A stretch of 64,000 nt of DNA. Source: the human T2T-CHM13v2.0 reference genome, Homo sapiens. Below, piece by piece: positions 1 to 14,400 of the stretch (positions are counted from its first letter, which is position 1; each line of letters begins with the position of its first letter). The DNA lies in the NCBI RefSeq assembly GCF_009914755.1, contig NC_060927.1, one strand, 5' to 3'. The notes under the pieces are model-generated. The model did no database searches. It was given only the letters and a program-made list of their open reading frames with translations, and was not told where the DNA came from. The translations under genes and the position numbers were made by a program.

Positions 1-1404
1 TTTTACATTGAAATTAGATGGCTAAGTGAGCCACTTACATATAGATGATCCAATGAATGTAATAAATATTGACCAAGTTTTGGTTGCTTGAAGTACTTTT
101 CTATAAAAGCCATTTCCTATTTCTGTACCCTTGTTCAAACAAATAAAAGTAATTAATTGGGAAACATTTTTAGTTTTGAGTGTACTCAGAAAGTCAATGA
201 TTCATCACATTCAATAAAAGGCCATTTTGGAGTCTGTGCTTTGAAGTAAAACAGGAGACTGAATGAAAATCAGGTAATCCGGTTAGAGAAAATAGTAAGA
301 CAACAGAGAAAATTATTGTACACCTCCTCCAAGCCCCTTACAATGGCTTAAATTTGCCATACCAAATTTGAGTGAAATAACTCTATATGATTGCAATTAA
401 TCCTTAAGGCAACACCGAAGGATCAAAAAAAATGCTTAAGGGGGGAAAAAGCTTGACTTTTTGTGTTTCTACAGTGCCTCATTGCATACAAATGTTACTA
501 TGGACGTTGCTTTTTATAACAATATCTCAGAACTTTTGATGTTGGATGTAAGAGAAAACTAAACTGTGTCACAGGTTACTGCTGTCCTCCTAAATCTACT
601 TTCTCCTTCTTCCTTAGTAAACAAGTTTTAGCTGGGCATGAAGTTAGACTATATTTTCTTTGTGTATGGACAAAAACTTGTATTGAAATTCTGCAGGAAC
701 ATCACATTCCATACAATTAATTAGTTTATTAGGGTAATTACTATCCCTGGAAATTAATGATTTCTTAAGGTAAATTTAAAAAAAAATGAAAAGTTAGAGG
801 AATTCTGTAACTCCACCTCATTTTGCTGCAGTTTTTTTGGCACTAAAAGTATATCTTTTTAGTCCAACTATAACAAAATCCTATATCTCAGAATTTATAA
901 TTTTGTGGCTATGTTTATGTCACTGATTTTCACACAACTGTTTCAATATATAGAAAGTTTGAGAATATAATAGTAGAAGAGAAAAGTAATACATGGTATA
1001 ATCTTTATATTATATATAATATAATCTTATCTTTATAAGTTCTGGTATAAATTCAGTGTTGGGAGTCAACTCAAAACACTTTGTTGCATTTTTCACTTTT
1101 TTTTTTTGACTCTCCATCAGCACCCGCTGCTCAAAACACAGAGACTATTTAAGATGTCAACCCCTTCACATACAATTATTGTGTGTCTATAAATTCCTAG
1201 GCACTGAGGCAATTAAAATAAAAGTATCAGCCTTTTCCCCAGAGACTTTGCAATCTAAATGAGGAGACTAGACCACTTATTTTCTAAAAATGTAAAACAC
1301 TTAAACATTATTTCATTATTAAATTATCTAATGAAAAAATAAGAGAATACATAATATATATTATATAGAAAATATATGCATACTATATATGTGATAATCA
1401 CATA

Positions 1405-1610
1405 TAGTGGTATGCTGGTAAATGTTTAACAACTGATGCACTAGGAAAAAGAAAAGTCTTGTATCTTTTGCCAATTTCTGTAATGTAAATACTTTTATCA
1501 TGGCGCAACATCAAGGTACTAATGTGAAATCAACTGGCTTACAAAATTCCTTAAATTTTAAAAACCTGCTCTCATGATCTGGTACACGCCAGTTCCAGAA
1601 CACCACCACT
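1405..1610 (-). mobile_element. MER63A-like hAT MITE
   Basis: Ends tagtggtatgctggtaaatgtttaacaac ... ccagaacaccac resemble MER63 terminal inverted repeats; ~205 bp. Confidence 0.7.
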
Positions 1611-2162
1611 CAAATGTCTAGTGAGATTAGAAATTATTTCTATAGAATTTGCAGAATAATTCACTTTATTAAGCATCTACTAAAAGCAAGTACTGTGTTC
1701 AACATTAGAAACAAAAAGATGATTATCGTCTGCCTTCAGATTTTATAGTGTAGTAGGAATGCAATTGGAAAAGTAAATCACTAACTTTAAACACTACCAT
1801 TAAGCGTTGCAATAAGGGAAACACAAAGGAGGTAGCAAGTCACTAGGTAATGGATTCAAAAAGCTTCCCAGTGGTGATACCCGAGTCTGGTGTTGGACAC
1901 GGGTAGGAAGTACTTATTGTCAAGCAGTATTGGTGACCTGACTTTAGCAGCCCTAACACTTAAGGTTAGGCCAAGGCTGTGTTTACAGACATTTTGGAGA
2001 ATGTCTTATTATTATTGTTTCCTTATAAATCTTTTCAAAGACAAACATTTAAAGTAACAAGTATCCATATTCAAATCAATTGATAAATGCCAAAAAATTG
2101 AGTGAAATAGTGACTTTTTTGCTAGTGATCAAAATCTAACATCTTAATACCTTATGCCAGCA

Positions 2163-2518
2163 TGTATTAGTCTGTTGTCATGCTGCTAATAAAGACATAT
2201 CTGAGACTGGGTAATTTATAAAGAAAAGAGGTTTAGCTGACTCACAGTTCCACATGGCTGGGGAGTCCTCAAAATCAAGGCAGAAGGCGAATGAGGAGCA
2301 AAGTCACATCTTACATGGTGGCAGGCAAGAGGGCTTGTGCAGCGGAACTCCCATTTATAAAACCACCAGATCTCGTGAGACTTATTCACTACCATGAGAA
2401 TAGTATGGGGGAAACTGCCCCCATGATTCAATTATCTCCACCTGGCCCCATCCTTGACACATGGGGATTATTACAATTCAAGGTGAGATCTGGGTAGGGA
2501 CACAGCCAAACCATATCA
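2163..2518 (-). mobile_element. THE1 (THE1C-like) MaLR solo LTR
   Basis: tgtattagtc...gacacagccaaaccatatca is the reverse complement of a THE1 LTR; near-perfect 5-bp TSD cagca/catca. Confidence 0.92.
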
Positions 2519-3729
2519 CATCATATACCAAAGAAACTTCCATGGAATGTTAATATCACATTCAAATCAAGATTTCTTGGGCAAGTAAACTTGAAAGTAT
2601 TTAGTGAGGAAAGTCAATAGGCTACTGCAATTCTTTCCAGGGCATTTAATCTGCTCCTGTGCGTTGTGATCTTTTCAGAGCAGGCTATATGTCCAAGATC
2701 TTCTACAGAGACTCAGAATTAGTGTTCTAAGAAGCAAACTTCAGGAAGAAGTCCAAATGGCTCATTAACATAATTTTAAAATATATTTTTTTCAAAAGCA
2801 GTCTTTGTAGACACACAGCTAGTCAAACCAGTAACGTCTGTAATTGCCTTTAAGAAAACATGAAACAAAATCACTACACCTGAGTTCCATTTTATAATTT
2901 CTCAATTATATCATGGGTAATGTAACACCTGAGAATCCAGAGAAATTTTAAAATTTCTCTAGAACACTAAAGTATTATCAAACATGAGCAGACATTATAC
3001 CACTTATTTTTGAAGCTATAATGCTGTTTGGTAAGGGAATAAAACAAAATCGTGCCCCAAATCTTGGTTCACTGACAGCATCAAGGTTGACTTTAAGGAC
3101 AATTATCTCCATGGTAAGAGTCTCCAGAATGGCTCTTCTGCCCTCACTTTCTGCAGAACAGCTTTATGTACCACCTTTATAAATTCTTTCCTTACTTTTT
3201 AAGGCATTTCTTGAAGGCTCCTAAAAAAAGAAAGTTCTACCCTGAGGATTAGTTAACAGTAGACTTATCAGATGTTTTCTAAATGAGAATCAGCAGGCAA
3301 CTTGTCCTGGAGAAATAGATGGAGAAGCAATAAGTTTTAGTTTGGAAGAGAGGAGAAAGGTTTGTGCACAGTACAAGATTCCCTTAGGAGACAGCAGTCC
3401 AGTTTTGGCAAGCAGTGAAGAATCTGTGTCTGGATAAGGCATCCTCAAATTTGAAGTTTCTCTATCCTCCTGGCTTCTCATCTCCTACTGATGCCAACCA
3501 AAACTCAAGGATGATACAGTCTGTTAAGGTCAGCCTTCCAGGAGACAGTGGGGAGTAAAAAAGGAAGAGTAGGGAGGAAGGAGCAAATGAAGCATAAGCA
3601 GCATGTCTTCAAAGTCAATTAGATTGTGATTGATGCCACCATTTTGAAATTTTCTCTCCCTTATAGATTATGGCAAATGTTTACTTATTACCCAAAATAA
3701 AGTGTGTCTGGTATCTTCAGTATTTTATA

Positions 3730-3921
3730 CTGGGCCAAACAAATGCAGCTTATGACTGGCTGCTTGCTTTTGTAAATGAAGTTTTATTGGCATCCAGCCA
3801 CACCTGTCTACTCTACAAAGGTAAAGTTGAGTAGTTTCAAGAATGACCATGTGTCCTACAAAGTCTAAAATATTTGCTGTCTTGTCTTTGACAGAAAATG
3901 ATTGCTAACCCCTGGTTTAGA
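3730..3921. mobile_element. MER58A-like hAT-Charlie MITE
   Basis: tttgtaaatgaagttttattgg...aagtctaaaatatttgctgtc...gctaacccctg. Confidence 0.7.
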
Positions 3922-4839
3922 CAGACTTTCGTTTTTGTTCCATTCTAATTTACCAGAATGTTTTCAAAGTGACTTAAAGTTTATATTTTTTGAACTGGAT
4001 TTGCTCTGTGAAACAATTCAGATTATTTTACACTAAAAATCAAATTATTGTTAAGTTTGTAATAGTGAGGCTAGCACATGCAGCTGAAAAGTGGCAAAAT
4101 AAAGTGTTTGTTTTGAAAATATCTTTTTTTAAGACCACAAACATCTGGATGTTTCCCCAGACATATAGAACACCACCTGATTAAATCATTTATATTTAGG
4201 CAGGTGCATTTTGTAAACACTTTACCTAAAAACAAAGCCTTAGAGGTAGAAATAATAATTTCAAGTATCATCTTTGTAAAAAATATTTCTAATTTAAAAT
4301 GTAAGCTTTCTTGCACTTTTAAAGTGCACCAAGAGGTACAAACAAGTATACAACTCTGTCAGAGATTTTGGAAAATTTAAAGAATTTGATATTATCTTTT
4401 TTCTTTTCTTTCTTTGGTGACGCAATCTTTGCATTTTAATTATGTGAATGATAGAAGAAATGGTTGTGATGTTTTACACAAGGTCTCAAAACTCAGAATG
4501 AACAATGTATTTTTCATTTATTATATAGTAGAGTATCAACCAAGTGGTATGAGAAGTGTTCCGAGTACTTAAGTTGAAATAAAACATATTTCTTGGTCCT
4601 TCAATGTCAGTTCTCTTAATTTCAGAATGGTGTTTGGTTCAACATATCATTAGAGCCAAATAGATTATCTTGAAAGGATCTGGGACTTTGGACCCAACTG
4701 GAGGCTTGACTGTTGGTCCAACTACTTTCTAGCTTGTCTGAACCTAAATTTCCACCGAATAAAATGGAGATAATATTGGATAATACTTTTCTTGGAGACG
4801 TGGTATGTATAGTGCCTGAAAAAGAATAATGAAATAATA

Positions 4840-5200
4840 GCTCTTATTTATCGACTATGTGCCAGCCACTAAGCTCAGTGTCATATACTTTACTGTTATT
4901 ATATCTAATTCACAGATGAGTTAGTTGAAGTGTTAACTTCCAGTTTACAAAGAGCAGCCACTGATCATCTAGTGCCTACTACATGCTGGGGTAAGGGAAA
5001 TTGTACATATTTTCTCATATAGTGTGCAGTGCCAGGAGGTAGATGTTATTATCAACTCCAGTTTACAAATGAGAAAATTAAGATTTAAAGAGGTTAAATA
5101 GTCTGTCAACGTTACACAGCTAGTAAGAGGCAGAACTAGGATCAGAATCCAGGAAGACAAATTCCCAGGGCCTTTGCCTTTAACTTTTACTATACTGCCT
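4840..5200 (-). mobile_element. MIR fragments
   Basis: MIR core tttacaaatgagaaaatt...gaggttaaat...acacagctagtaagaggcagaactagga. Confidence 0.7.
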
Positions 5201-6192
5201 CAGCAAGGCGTAGGTATTATTATTATTGCTATTGCCATAGGTATTACTTAAATAAAAATCAATGCACTAAAAACCACAGTGAAGTATATGTCTGAAATTT
5301 GACAAACATATTTAGGGAACCAAATAATTTTAAGTATAATCTCTAGAGTTGAGAGCATCCAACTTGGTACTGAATTGCAAAGTAGATATGAAGACAACTT
5401 CTAAAAGTCAAAATATAACTAAACACTCCAGCCCTGGATCCACTTCCCTAAGCCTTCAAGGAACAAAATTTGAAATTTTTTATTCCAAAGTTATGTTTGC
5501 ATTCACATCAAACATTTTAAATAGTATGTGCTGCTGGGAACTGACAAACCCCAAAGCTATTATGGGCCTTGTCAATTTTCAAGCGCTGAAAAAGTAAGGT
5601 GTAGTAATGTTTATGAAAGAACATGATGCCAGATGTACTTAATGTCAGAAAAATCAGTTTGAGTTCCTGTGTTCTTGTAACCTCACTGCAGATTGTCAGC
5701 CCAAGTGATATGCAGAAAATATATAGCTTGCCTGACTGCCTTTACCCAAAGAGTCGATATTATGGAATAGATGGATTAGAATTTCTATTTGAATAGACAT
5801 TTTTTTCTCTTCTGATTTTTTGTTCATTTGCATGGCTGCTAAAATTTCTGCAAACAAATTACATATAACAGGGAAACTGCTGAAGAACTTTGGTTTTTAT
5901 TACATTTGAACAAGTTTTGAAGAAAATGTCTTCTAACAATAAAATACAGTGTTCAAATAAAATCAAATACTTGTTGACCCATTCTAAGCAAGCCACTTTG
6001 CAAATTCTGCAGGAAGCATAAGACTAGTCCATACCTTGCAACCTGGAAAGAAAATGCTAGAAGTGCAAATAGTTAAGGACTAGTCCTTCTTTTTTGTTTT
6101 GCATTCTCATGATTCCATTCTTTCTATACTCATGATGTACCATAATTGACCCTTTGTGTCACCCACTCATTGGAGAATTTCTGAACATGTGA

Positions 6193-6210
6193 GCATGCCA
6201 CCTGGTGGTG
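6193..6210 (-). promoter_or_regulatory. Candidate CTCF motif
   Basis: Minus strand reads ACCACCAGGTGGCATGC, matching core CCASYAGRKGGCR, in apparently unique sequence. Confidence 0.4.
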
Positions 6211-6887
6211 GATAGATGTTTACCAGGCATTTGCAAAGGATTGATTGAAACTTTTTGGGTCCTTTAAGAAAAAAGCAGTATCCTGAGGCTTCTGATTGCA
6301 TTATTAATTATTCAACTGATTTGTTCCAATAGTTTTATTTTTCCAGCATTACAGTCAGATCTTATTCATTATTACCATGAGAATGTTTTAGTAGGTCAGT
6401 ATAATGAGCCTAAAATAACTAAGGTAAAGTTCTATAGTCTGAGGGATTCCTGTCTTTCTCACATTGCCTAGGAGCGTAATGAGAATTGAAGATATAGTAT
6501 CAATAATGCAGTTCCTGATTCAGAGGTCATGTTGAGAGTGGATTTCATAGGTCTTAAAAACACTGAATTTTCCTTCTTTTTTTTTTGCCATTCTAGGGTG
6601 TTAGATTTGACAATTCAAAACCAGATTCTGAAGAATTTAAATTCCAAATTAATCTGGAAAATTTATAATGCACAAAGAACTCATTTTTATGATTACTACA
6701 TTAAAAGCTTTAAAAGGCAAAATTAAATTTATTCCTAAGCATAGACTGTTTTTATAGTAGCTTTGTATTGTTGAAGATAGAAGAGAATAAATTAATACTT
6801 CTACAATACACCTCAGTATATTGTTTAAAATTTATAATAACATGCTGATTTTTGGAAGAGAACCTTAACTGTTCCCTCATCAGTATG

Positions 6888-7075
6888 TGGAGTTGCCAGA
6901 TAAAATACAGAATGTCCAGTCAAATTTTAATCACAGACAAATAGTATCGTTTTTAGTATAAGTATGTCCCATGAAATATTTGAGATATATGTTACTAAAG
7001 AGAGTTCCTTGTTTATTTAAATTCCAGATTTACCTGGGAGTCTTGTATTTTTATTTGCTAAATCTGGCAACCGCA
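6888..7075. mobile_element. MER53 palindromic hAT MITE
   Basis: TIRs gttgccagat / atctggcaac; 8-bp TSD tcagtatg (6880-6887) / tcagtagg (7076-7083). Confidence 0.88.
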
Positions 7076-7705
7076 TCAGTAGGCTAATGTCTTTGAATGG
7101 TTTTTCAGATAGTGCTCATGAGGTCAACTGGCCATCAACACTTTTTACATTCATTCACTCACTCATTAATTCATTTAACAGGTATTTGAATACCTTCCAT
7201 ACTGGTGTTAGCATCAGGAATAGTTTTCCACAAACCCCATACCTCATAGAACACATCCGTGATTCTCAATCTTGTAATCTCAGTATTCTCAATCTATTGT
7301 AATCAGTTGGGAAACTTAAAAAAAAAAAAGTTAATGATGTCCCAATTGGATCCCTCAAATATTCTGAATTACTTGTTCTCGAGTTTTGCCTACTCATCAG
7401 AATTTTATAACCTCCCCAGGTGATTATAATGTGTGGCCCCAGTTGCAAGCTGCTTGCTGTAGATGAAGACAAATTAGGTTTTCTTAGGCCTTATCTTTGC
7501 AATGCCTGCACCTGCCACCAGATGTGCCAATTAATGCTTGTTTCACTGAGCAGATCGACTCTTTTCAGAGAAGCAAATTGGCTTACAATTTTAGCTGATT
7601 GAAATTTTTCCAAAGCAAAATAACTCTTTATTAAGCTAGCATTACACATTTTAAAATTAAACCATTTTGCCTCAATTTTAGAACTACGAATTATTTAAAT
7701 AAATG

Positions 7706-8665
7706 CATTCATCCATTTACTCAAAAATGTTTATTTCTATCTAAGCACTGGGCACTGTACCAGGCACTGGGGATGGAGCCATGAAAAAGACAAAGCTCCT
7801 ATTCCTGTAGGAGGGACAATTCATATGAAAACAGAAAATAAATACTTGCAAGGAAAAAAATGAATAAAGGGGTAAAAAGGAATTGAGTGGTGGAGAGCAT
7901 TGCAATTTAAATAAAGCAATCAGAAAAAAGCTTCATAGAGGACATTTGACAGATACATGAATGAGGTGAAGAACTGAATCATGCAAACATCTCTGGAGAC
8001 AGGTGAAAGAAATAGCAAGTGGAAAAGCCTTGAGACTTGAGCCAGCTTGGTGTGTTCCTAGTAAGAGTTGGAAGGACAGCATGACTAGGCCAGTGTTAAG
8101 GGGACAGCAGTATAAGATGAAGCCAGAATGGTATGTAGGCCCTTAGGCCAAGGTAAGGACATTGAGCCATATTCCAGATGTGATGGGAAACCATTCAAAA
8201 GTTTTGGGCTGTGGAGTAACAGGTATGTTCCAATTTACATAATAAATATATCACTCTGGCTTCCATCTAGAGACTGAGTGATAGGTAATGGTTGGGTAAA
8301 AGCAGACAGGCATTTAGGAGACAACTTCAATAGGTCAGGTGAGAGATAACAGTAACTTGGATTAGGGTGGTAGCAGTCAAGGTTTCAACAAGTGTCTGGA
8401 CTTAGAATAGACTTTGAAAGTGTCCAGCAGTACTTGCTGATAGGCTGAATGTGGATGTGAAGGAAAGAAGAAATAAGAATGTTTTAATTTTATCCATCTT
8501 CCAAGATGGAGATAACAAGCTGACACATAAGTTCTAGTAGGGCTATGTTAAATTAAAGGTGCCTAATGATCATCCTAGTGGGCGGGACCATTTGGCAGAT
8601 ATGTACATCTGGAGTTCACAGAAGCAGTCAGGGCTGCAGAAATAAATTTAGATCATCAGCTATAC
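7706..8665 (-). mobile_element. L2 (L2a-like) 3' fragment
   Basis: attcatccatttactc...gcactgtaccaggcactgggg start, followed by purine-rich antisense L2 body. Confidence 0.75.
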
Positions 8666-10169
8666 TGAGAGGAGTGGTTTTTTTCCCCTCAAGTTTAACA
8701 TATTGGACTGTTTTTAAACAAAGTGGGGCAGTCATTTCCTTTCACAGTGAATTACCTTCTCTAGGAGTTATACCTGTGACCTCTAAATTATACTAGCACT
8801 TGATAATGTAATTACAATTATTTACTACAGAAAATGTACCTAAGAGAAAACTTGCCCCCTACAAATTTTAAAATGTTCTTGGCAGGCACGTGTAAAGCAA
8901 CCATGAAAAGTATATTGGATGATGCATGAGGTCTTTTTAGACTATAATGAGAAAGGTCTTCTTATGACAAAGAAATGATCATTTTCAGCTATAACTGTGT
9001 TTTCTCTTAAAATGGTTTTATCCTGTATTTTAATTTTCAAACAATCCAAAAGTATTTTTAGTAAGTAAATTATGAATAAAAATTTATTTTTATGCTATTG
9101 TATTTTAAAAATTAGTTAATAAAGGTAGCATTATTTTTGATAGCTTCCACGGAGAATTTTAATACATCAAGTACATTCTATTATAATAGTCACAAGAGGA
9201 TATTCAGTTTGTAAAATTGTTGAAAAGCTGAGTTATAGTAGAAAAAACCAGAACTTTAATTTTCAAATTTGCCACTAAACTGTTGTGTGATTGAAGACAA
9301 ATTGTTTAACTGCCCTGAACCTCAACTTCCTTATTTGTAAAAAAGGCAATCTATCTCAAAAGTCTCCTGTGTTGATAAGCGAAATACTCTTGTAAAGGTA
9401 TTTTATAAACAACAACATTATATATGAAAGAAAAATACAATAAATCAAGGAATACTATCCCTATTCTTTTAGTAAATGTCATGTATCTCATACTCAAGAA
9501 CTCATGGCAAATGGCAATGATGCTACCCTCACTAGGACACATTTGTGGAAAGTATTTTAAACTAAAGGGCATGAAGTCTAAAAGTCTTACCTGTTTTCTT
9601 TTTTGTACTTGTTTCTCTGATGATGTTTATTATTTATTTTTGAGCTGTTAATGTGGTTTGTTTTATCCTTTTTTCCTCTCTCATGGAGACATAACATATG
9701 TATTTGAGGTGGACAGACTAAATCTGTTAGGAAACTTACAAAAAGTTTTAAGTTTTGTTTTCCACTGACTGATGGGAGAAATAAAATAACTGTAAAGACA
9801 TCCAATAAGGCACAAATAAACTGCAACTCAAGTCTCCTTTAAATTCAAGTGTTAACAACCAAATTATATATTTATATTAGTAACTATGATATATTTATGG
9901 CTGACAGGTTTTTTTTATGAGAGTTAATTTTAAATAGTCAGCAAAACTCTATTGTTGGTCAACATTTAGAATATGGAAACAGTTGCATTAAACAGCAATA
10001 GCATTAATTCCTATTTCTACCCCTTGTTTCCTGGAACTGTGAATCCTGGCTATGGAAGAAAAAGACACCATGTATTGGACAGATTTAGATATAAATACCC
10101 TCCTAGAGAACAGGGGAGTGGCACCAGTTACTTCTAGTGATACACTAGCAAAATTTTTGCTTCCCTTTC

Positions 10170-10559
10170 TGCAGTAGACCATTTGTGTTGCTGTAGCAGA
10201 ATACTACTGACTGGGTAATTTACAAAGAATAGATATTTATATCTCACAGTTCTGGAAGCTGAGAAGTCCAAGATCAGCGCACGGGCAGGTTCAGTTGTCT
10301 GGTAAGGGCTGCTTTCTGTTTTCATGATGACACCATGTTGCTGCATTTTCTGGAGGGGAGGAACACTGTGTTCTGACATAGCAGAAGGTGGAAGAGCAAG
10401 AGGGACAAACTCCCTTCTTCAAGCTCTTTCACACAGGCACCTAATCCTATTTATGAGGGAGGAGCCCTCATCGCCCAATTACCTCTTAAAGACCCCACCA
10501 CCTAATACTATCACTTGGCAATGGCTGAATTTTGGAAGGGACACATTAAAAGCATAACA
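10170..10559 (-). mobile_element. MST-type (MSTD-like) MaLR solo LTR
   Basis: gactgggtaatttacaaag...tctcacagttctggaagctgagaagtccaagatc...ccacctaatactatcacttgg. Confidence 0.8.
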
Positions 10560-10624
10560 TTTCTGCACCTTATGCTTTGCTGGTCCAGAGTTTTGAGTTT
10601 CAAAGGGAGGAATGCTTCTAACAG

Positions 10625-10891
10625 GAGACACAAGGAGAGAACCACGTGAAGACACAGACAACTGGAGTGATGCATCTACAAGCCAAAGAATGCCAAAGAT
10701 TGCTGACAAATCACCAAAAGCTAGGAAGAGGTAAGAGAGGATTTCCCAACAAGTTTCAGAAAGAGAGTGGAGGCCTGCCAACACCTTGGTTTTAGGTGTC
10801 TCCAAAACTCTGAGAAAATAGATTTCTGGGTAATTTTTTAAAGGCACCTAGTTTGTGATATTTTATTAAGCCAGCCTAGGAAATGAATGTA
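10625..10891 (+). mobile_element. MLT1C-like MaLR LTR, 3' part
   Basis: ccacgtgaagacacaga...gatgcatctacaagccaaagaatgcc...cctgccaacaccttgg...cagcctaggaaa. Confidence 0.8.
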
Positions 10892-13704
10892 GATACTATT
10901 TCAATAAACTCCCCAGATGTAAACAAGGCATAGTATTTGTTTAGGAAGATTTACTGTTTGTGGGGATTTGTTGGATAAGGGGCTATGTCTCCTGTCTTCC
11001 AGAAGACGTTAGGAGGGGCAGAAAAGTAAATATGAATCAGATAGTACAATGTTTAAGTAAAAAAATGTTTATGCTCTCCACAATAAAGCACATTTTTTCC
11101 ATTTTAAGAGAACAATAGGGTGATTCTAGATAGAGAATTATATAGACACATAAACCTGGAGAATATGAGCCAGTGTTACAAGTGTAACAAGGGATGCTTT
11201 AACATCCAATAAGGTACTTTCAAACTTTACCAGAGCCACAGGCCTAAAAGACAAAGGAGGTCATTATGTTACCCAAACTCCTAAAACAATATTTGATTTG
11301 GGTCAAGGTAGTACAGGCACTCCAGACAGATGGGGGAGGAGGCAGGGAGAATTTTAAATAATCCCATAAGGAAACTCTTAAAGAAGTATAACATCCATCA
11401 TTTTGTCAACAGTGATTTGGTTAAGTCTGAGATTTTAGAGCAGTTCAATAGAATTTTGAAATCTAAAATGTGGTGTTATTTAACTGCTTAGGGCACATTT
11501 TAATACATCGATATAATTCAGCACTTTATCACTAGTTACAACAACCAATCTGAAAAAAATATATATATATAAATGCCACAGCCACAAATTCTTTAGATGT
11601 TTAAGAGAAAAACCACAAAACCCCATTTTATTAAAAAAAAAAACAACTATGTCAAAAGTGGTTTCAAGAAACAAGTGAGATATATTTAGTAACAGAAAGT
11701 GGTAACCAGGAGTTAGCAACCAGTTTATAATTAAAATACCATGAGGATGCAAAGATTAGCTGTGTTTTTATCCAGAAGAACAAGAAACAATAACCCTTTG
11801 TCAAGAGCCAGTACACAGTATTGAAAAAGAAATTGTCCAAAGGGACAAGATTGGAATGAAATTATCATCAAATGATTGGGCTGACTTAAAAATATTAATA
11901 GTTGGAAGGTGTTGATGATTCAGGATTACTACATGGTAGAAGGTAGGTGAATGAAAATGTTTTCTATTTGAACTACCCAGCAATACTTCAGTATTACCTT
12001 TTACCTGCAGTTTAAGGATATATAAGTGGGATTTGACCATACTCAGGCCTCAGAAAGTAGAAAATTACCCCTGAAGAAGCTACCTTCTGGTATAAAAGGC
12101 TATGCCCTCTAGAGGAATAAATATAAGCTATCACCTAGATATATTCATATTTAGAAAATAACAGATTAGTTCAAGCTATCTCCTATGGTCTCTCAGAAAT
12201 TTTTGTATACTGATTTTAGCTTGTCAAGAAAGTGGAAGATCTCATGAAACATTTTATTGCCAGAACTGGAAGTGGGTATATCACTTCTACCACATTACTT
12301 TGGCCAGAATCCAGTAACAAGAACATATTCTTATTGCAATTTTGGGAGCTAGTGTTGCTGTTTGCTACTGTTTGGTGATTTTTTTTTCTTTTAGGATTTT
12401 ATAAATTATAAATTCTTTTCTAGGATTGTAGAAATTTTTTTTCTACAGGGCTTTTACTTCTTTTATTTTACATCTGTATCTCCTCTCTTCCACACTGAGA
12501 ATCCTGGTTCTCAAGGTCACAGAAAATGATATATTTAGAATACAATTATTCATTTGCTTTATCCCATTTTATAATACAACAGTCTTAAAATAACACTATT
12601 AATAGCATAACTACTAATTATGATTACTGAATGTTAAACAAAAATAGTTTTGCATATGTTTTAGCTATTCTTCACCACTCCTCCAGTTAAAAAATATTCT
12701 CTACTCTTTCAGATCACATAGCTATTACGTACTATAATCTCTCCTTTTACCTTTTATTTCTTCTTACTTCTAAAGTAACTGTATTTTTAATGCTCTTTTC
12801 CAGTCCTTGGATTGCTCTGTCAAGTCATTTCGGATGTCTAAGTCTTGCTGTCTGGCAGATTACCTAGGAAGTGCTCATGGGAAAAATGGTTTCTGAGTTC
12901 ATGCTCTACAGTTTGACTCTGCCATTTATACTTGAGATTAGTTTTGCATGATATAAAATCCTTGGCTAAAATTTTCTTTTGTTGAGTATCTTAAGAAAAT
13001 TAAGACTATTTGATAATATTGATGTCCTTGTATAACATGTGCTATTTTCCTCTGGATTCCTAAAGAATTTTTTCTTTAAAGTCTAGTAATTTTTCTAGGA
13101 TATGTATTGGTTCTGTTTTTTTCTGGATTGTTATTCTCAGAGAAGAGTGTGATCTTTTAATGTGCATTTCACAATGGTATTTTCAGCAAGTTTTAAATAA
13201 TTGTTTTACTCCCTAGATTTTTTTGGGGGGGAGGGTGGGGACTCCTATATAGGTACATTGTATTTTCTTACCTTCAATCTTTGTCATTCTCTCTCAAATC
13301 CTTTTTGCTTCTTCATCTTGTGTTTGGTTTTTAAAAATCCCCCCTTTTATTATTCCTTATAAGGAATTATTTGTTGTGTTTGGGGAACATACGTGTGTGC
13401 ACATATGTTTTGTTTTATATTTTTTCTGGTTTATTCATTAATTCTTTCTTTTGTGAGCTGTAATCAGCTCATTTCTGAATTTTTCTAATTCTGATTTATG
13501 TTGTTTTTAACGTCTCATATTGTTTTCTTAACATCATTTAGTTCATTTTAAAATGATTTGCATATGTTGAGTATGTCTTTCTAGTGTGGTTTCATTGTCT
13601 ACAGGATTATTTTGTTTTTATAGCCATCTTTTCTTGTAGTTACTTGCATGGTATTTCACTTCAGTAGTTTTTCTGTGTTCATTTTTATGTGCATTTAAAA
13701 GAAC

Positions 13705-14400
13705 CACATAGCATTTTTAGAATTGGAAAATACTTATCTGAAATGAAAAATATACTGAATAGTACTAACAGCAGAATAGATACTACAGAAGAAAAGACTG
13801 GTGAATGTGAAGACACAGCAATACAATCTATCCAAAATGAAACATAAAAATAGATTGAGAAAAAAACATCAACAGTGCTAGTGGCTTGTGGGAAAATTTC
13901 AAAAAGGCTCTGTTATGTGTAATTGGAGTCACAGGAAGAGATGGAGGAAAATATTTAAAGAAATGTTGGGTAAAAAATGTCCAAATTTGACAAAAGTAGA
14001 AACCTACATATTCAAGCAGCTCAATACCTCCCAAATAGAAGTATAAAGAAAACCACACCAAAACACATAATAATCATATTGCTGAAAACCAGTAATAAAG
14101 AAAAAAATTTTAATGCAGCGAAACAAGGCACATAACATACAGAGGAATAAAGCTAGGAATGACAGCAGACTTCTCAGAAACCATGCAGGGCAGAAGACAA
14201 TGAAACAAAATATTTTTTTTGAAAAAAGTCAACCTACAATTTTACTTCTAGAGAAAATATCTTTCAAAACTTGAGGTGATATACTTTATCAGACTAAAAA
14301 CTTGACAAATAGCATCATTAATAGGCTGCAGTACCAGAAATTGTAAAGAAAGAAATGCAAAAGAAAAATGGCACAAGATGGACACTTGAATGAGGAGCAT
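13705..14400 (+). mobile_element. Old L1 (L1M) ORF1 fragment
   Basis: A-rich decayed ORF1 sequence (aacagcagaatagatactacagaagaaaagact...gacagcagacttctcagaaaccatgcagg). The T-rich block 12400-13690 upstream looks like an antisense old L1 fragment. Confidence 0.7.
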
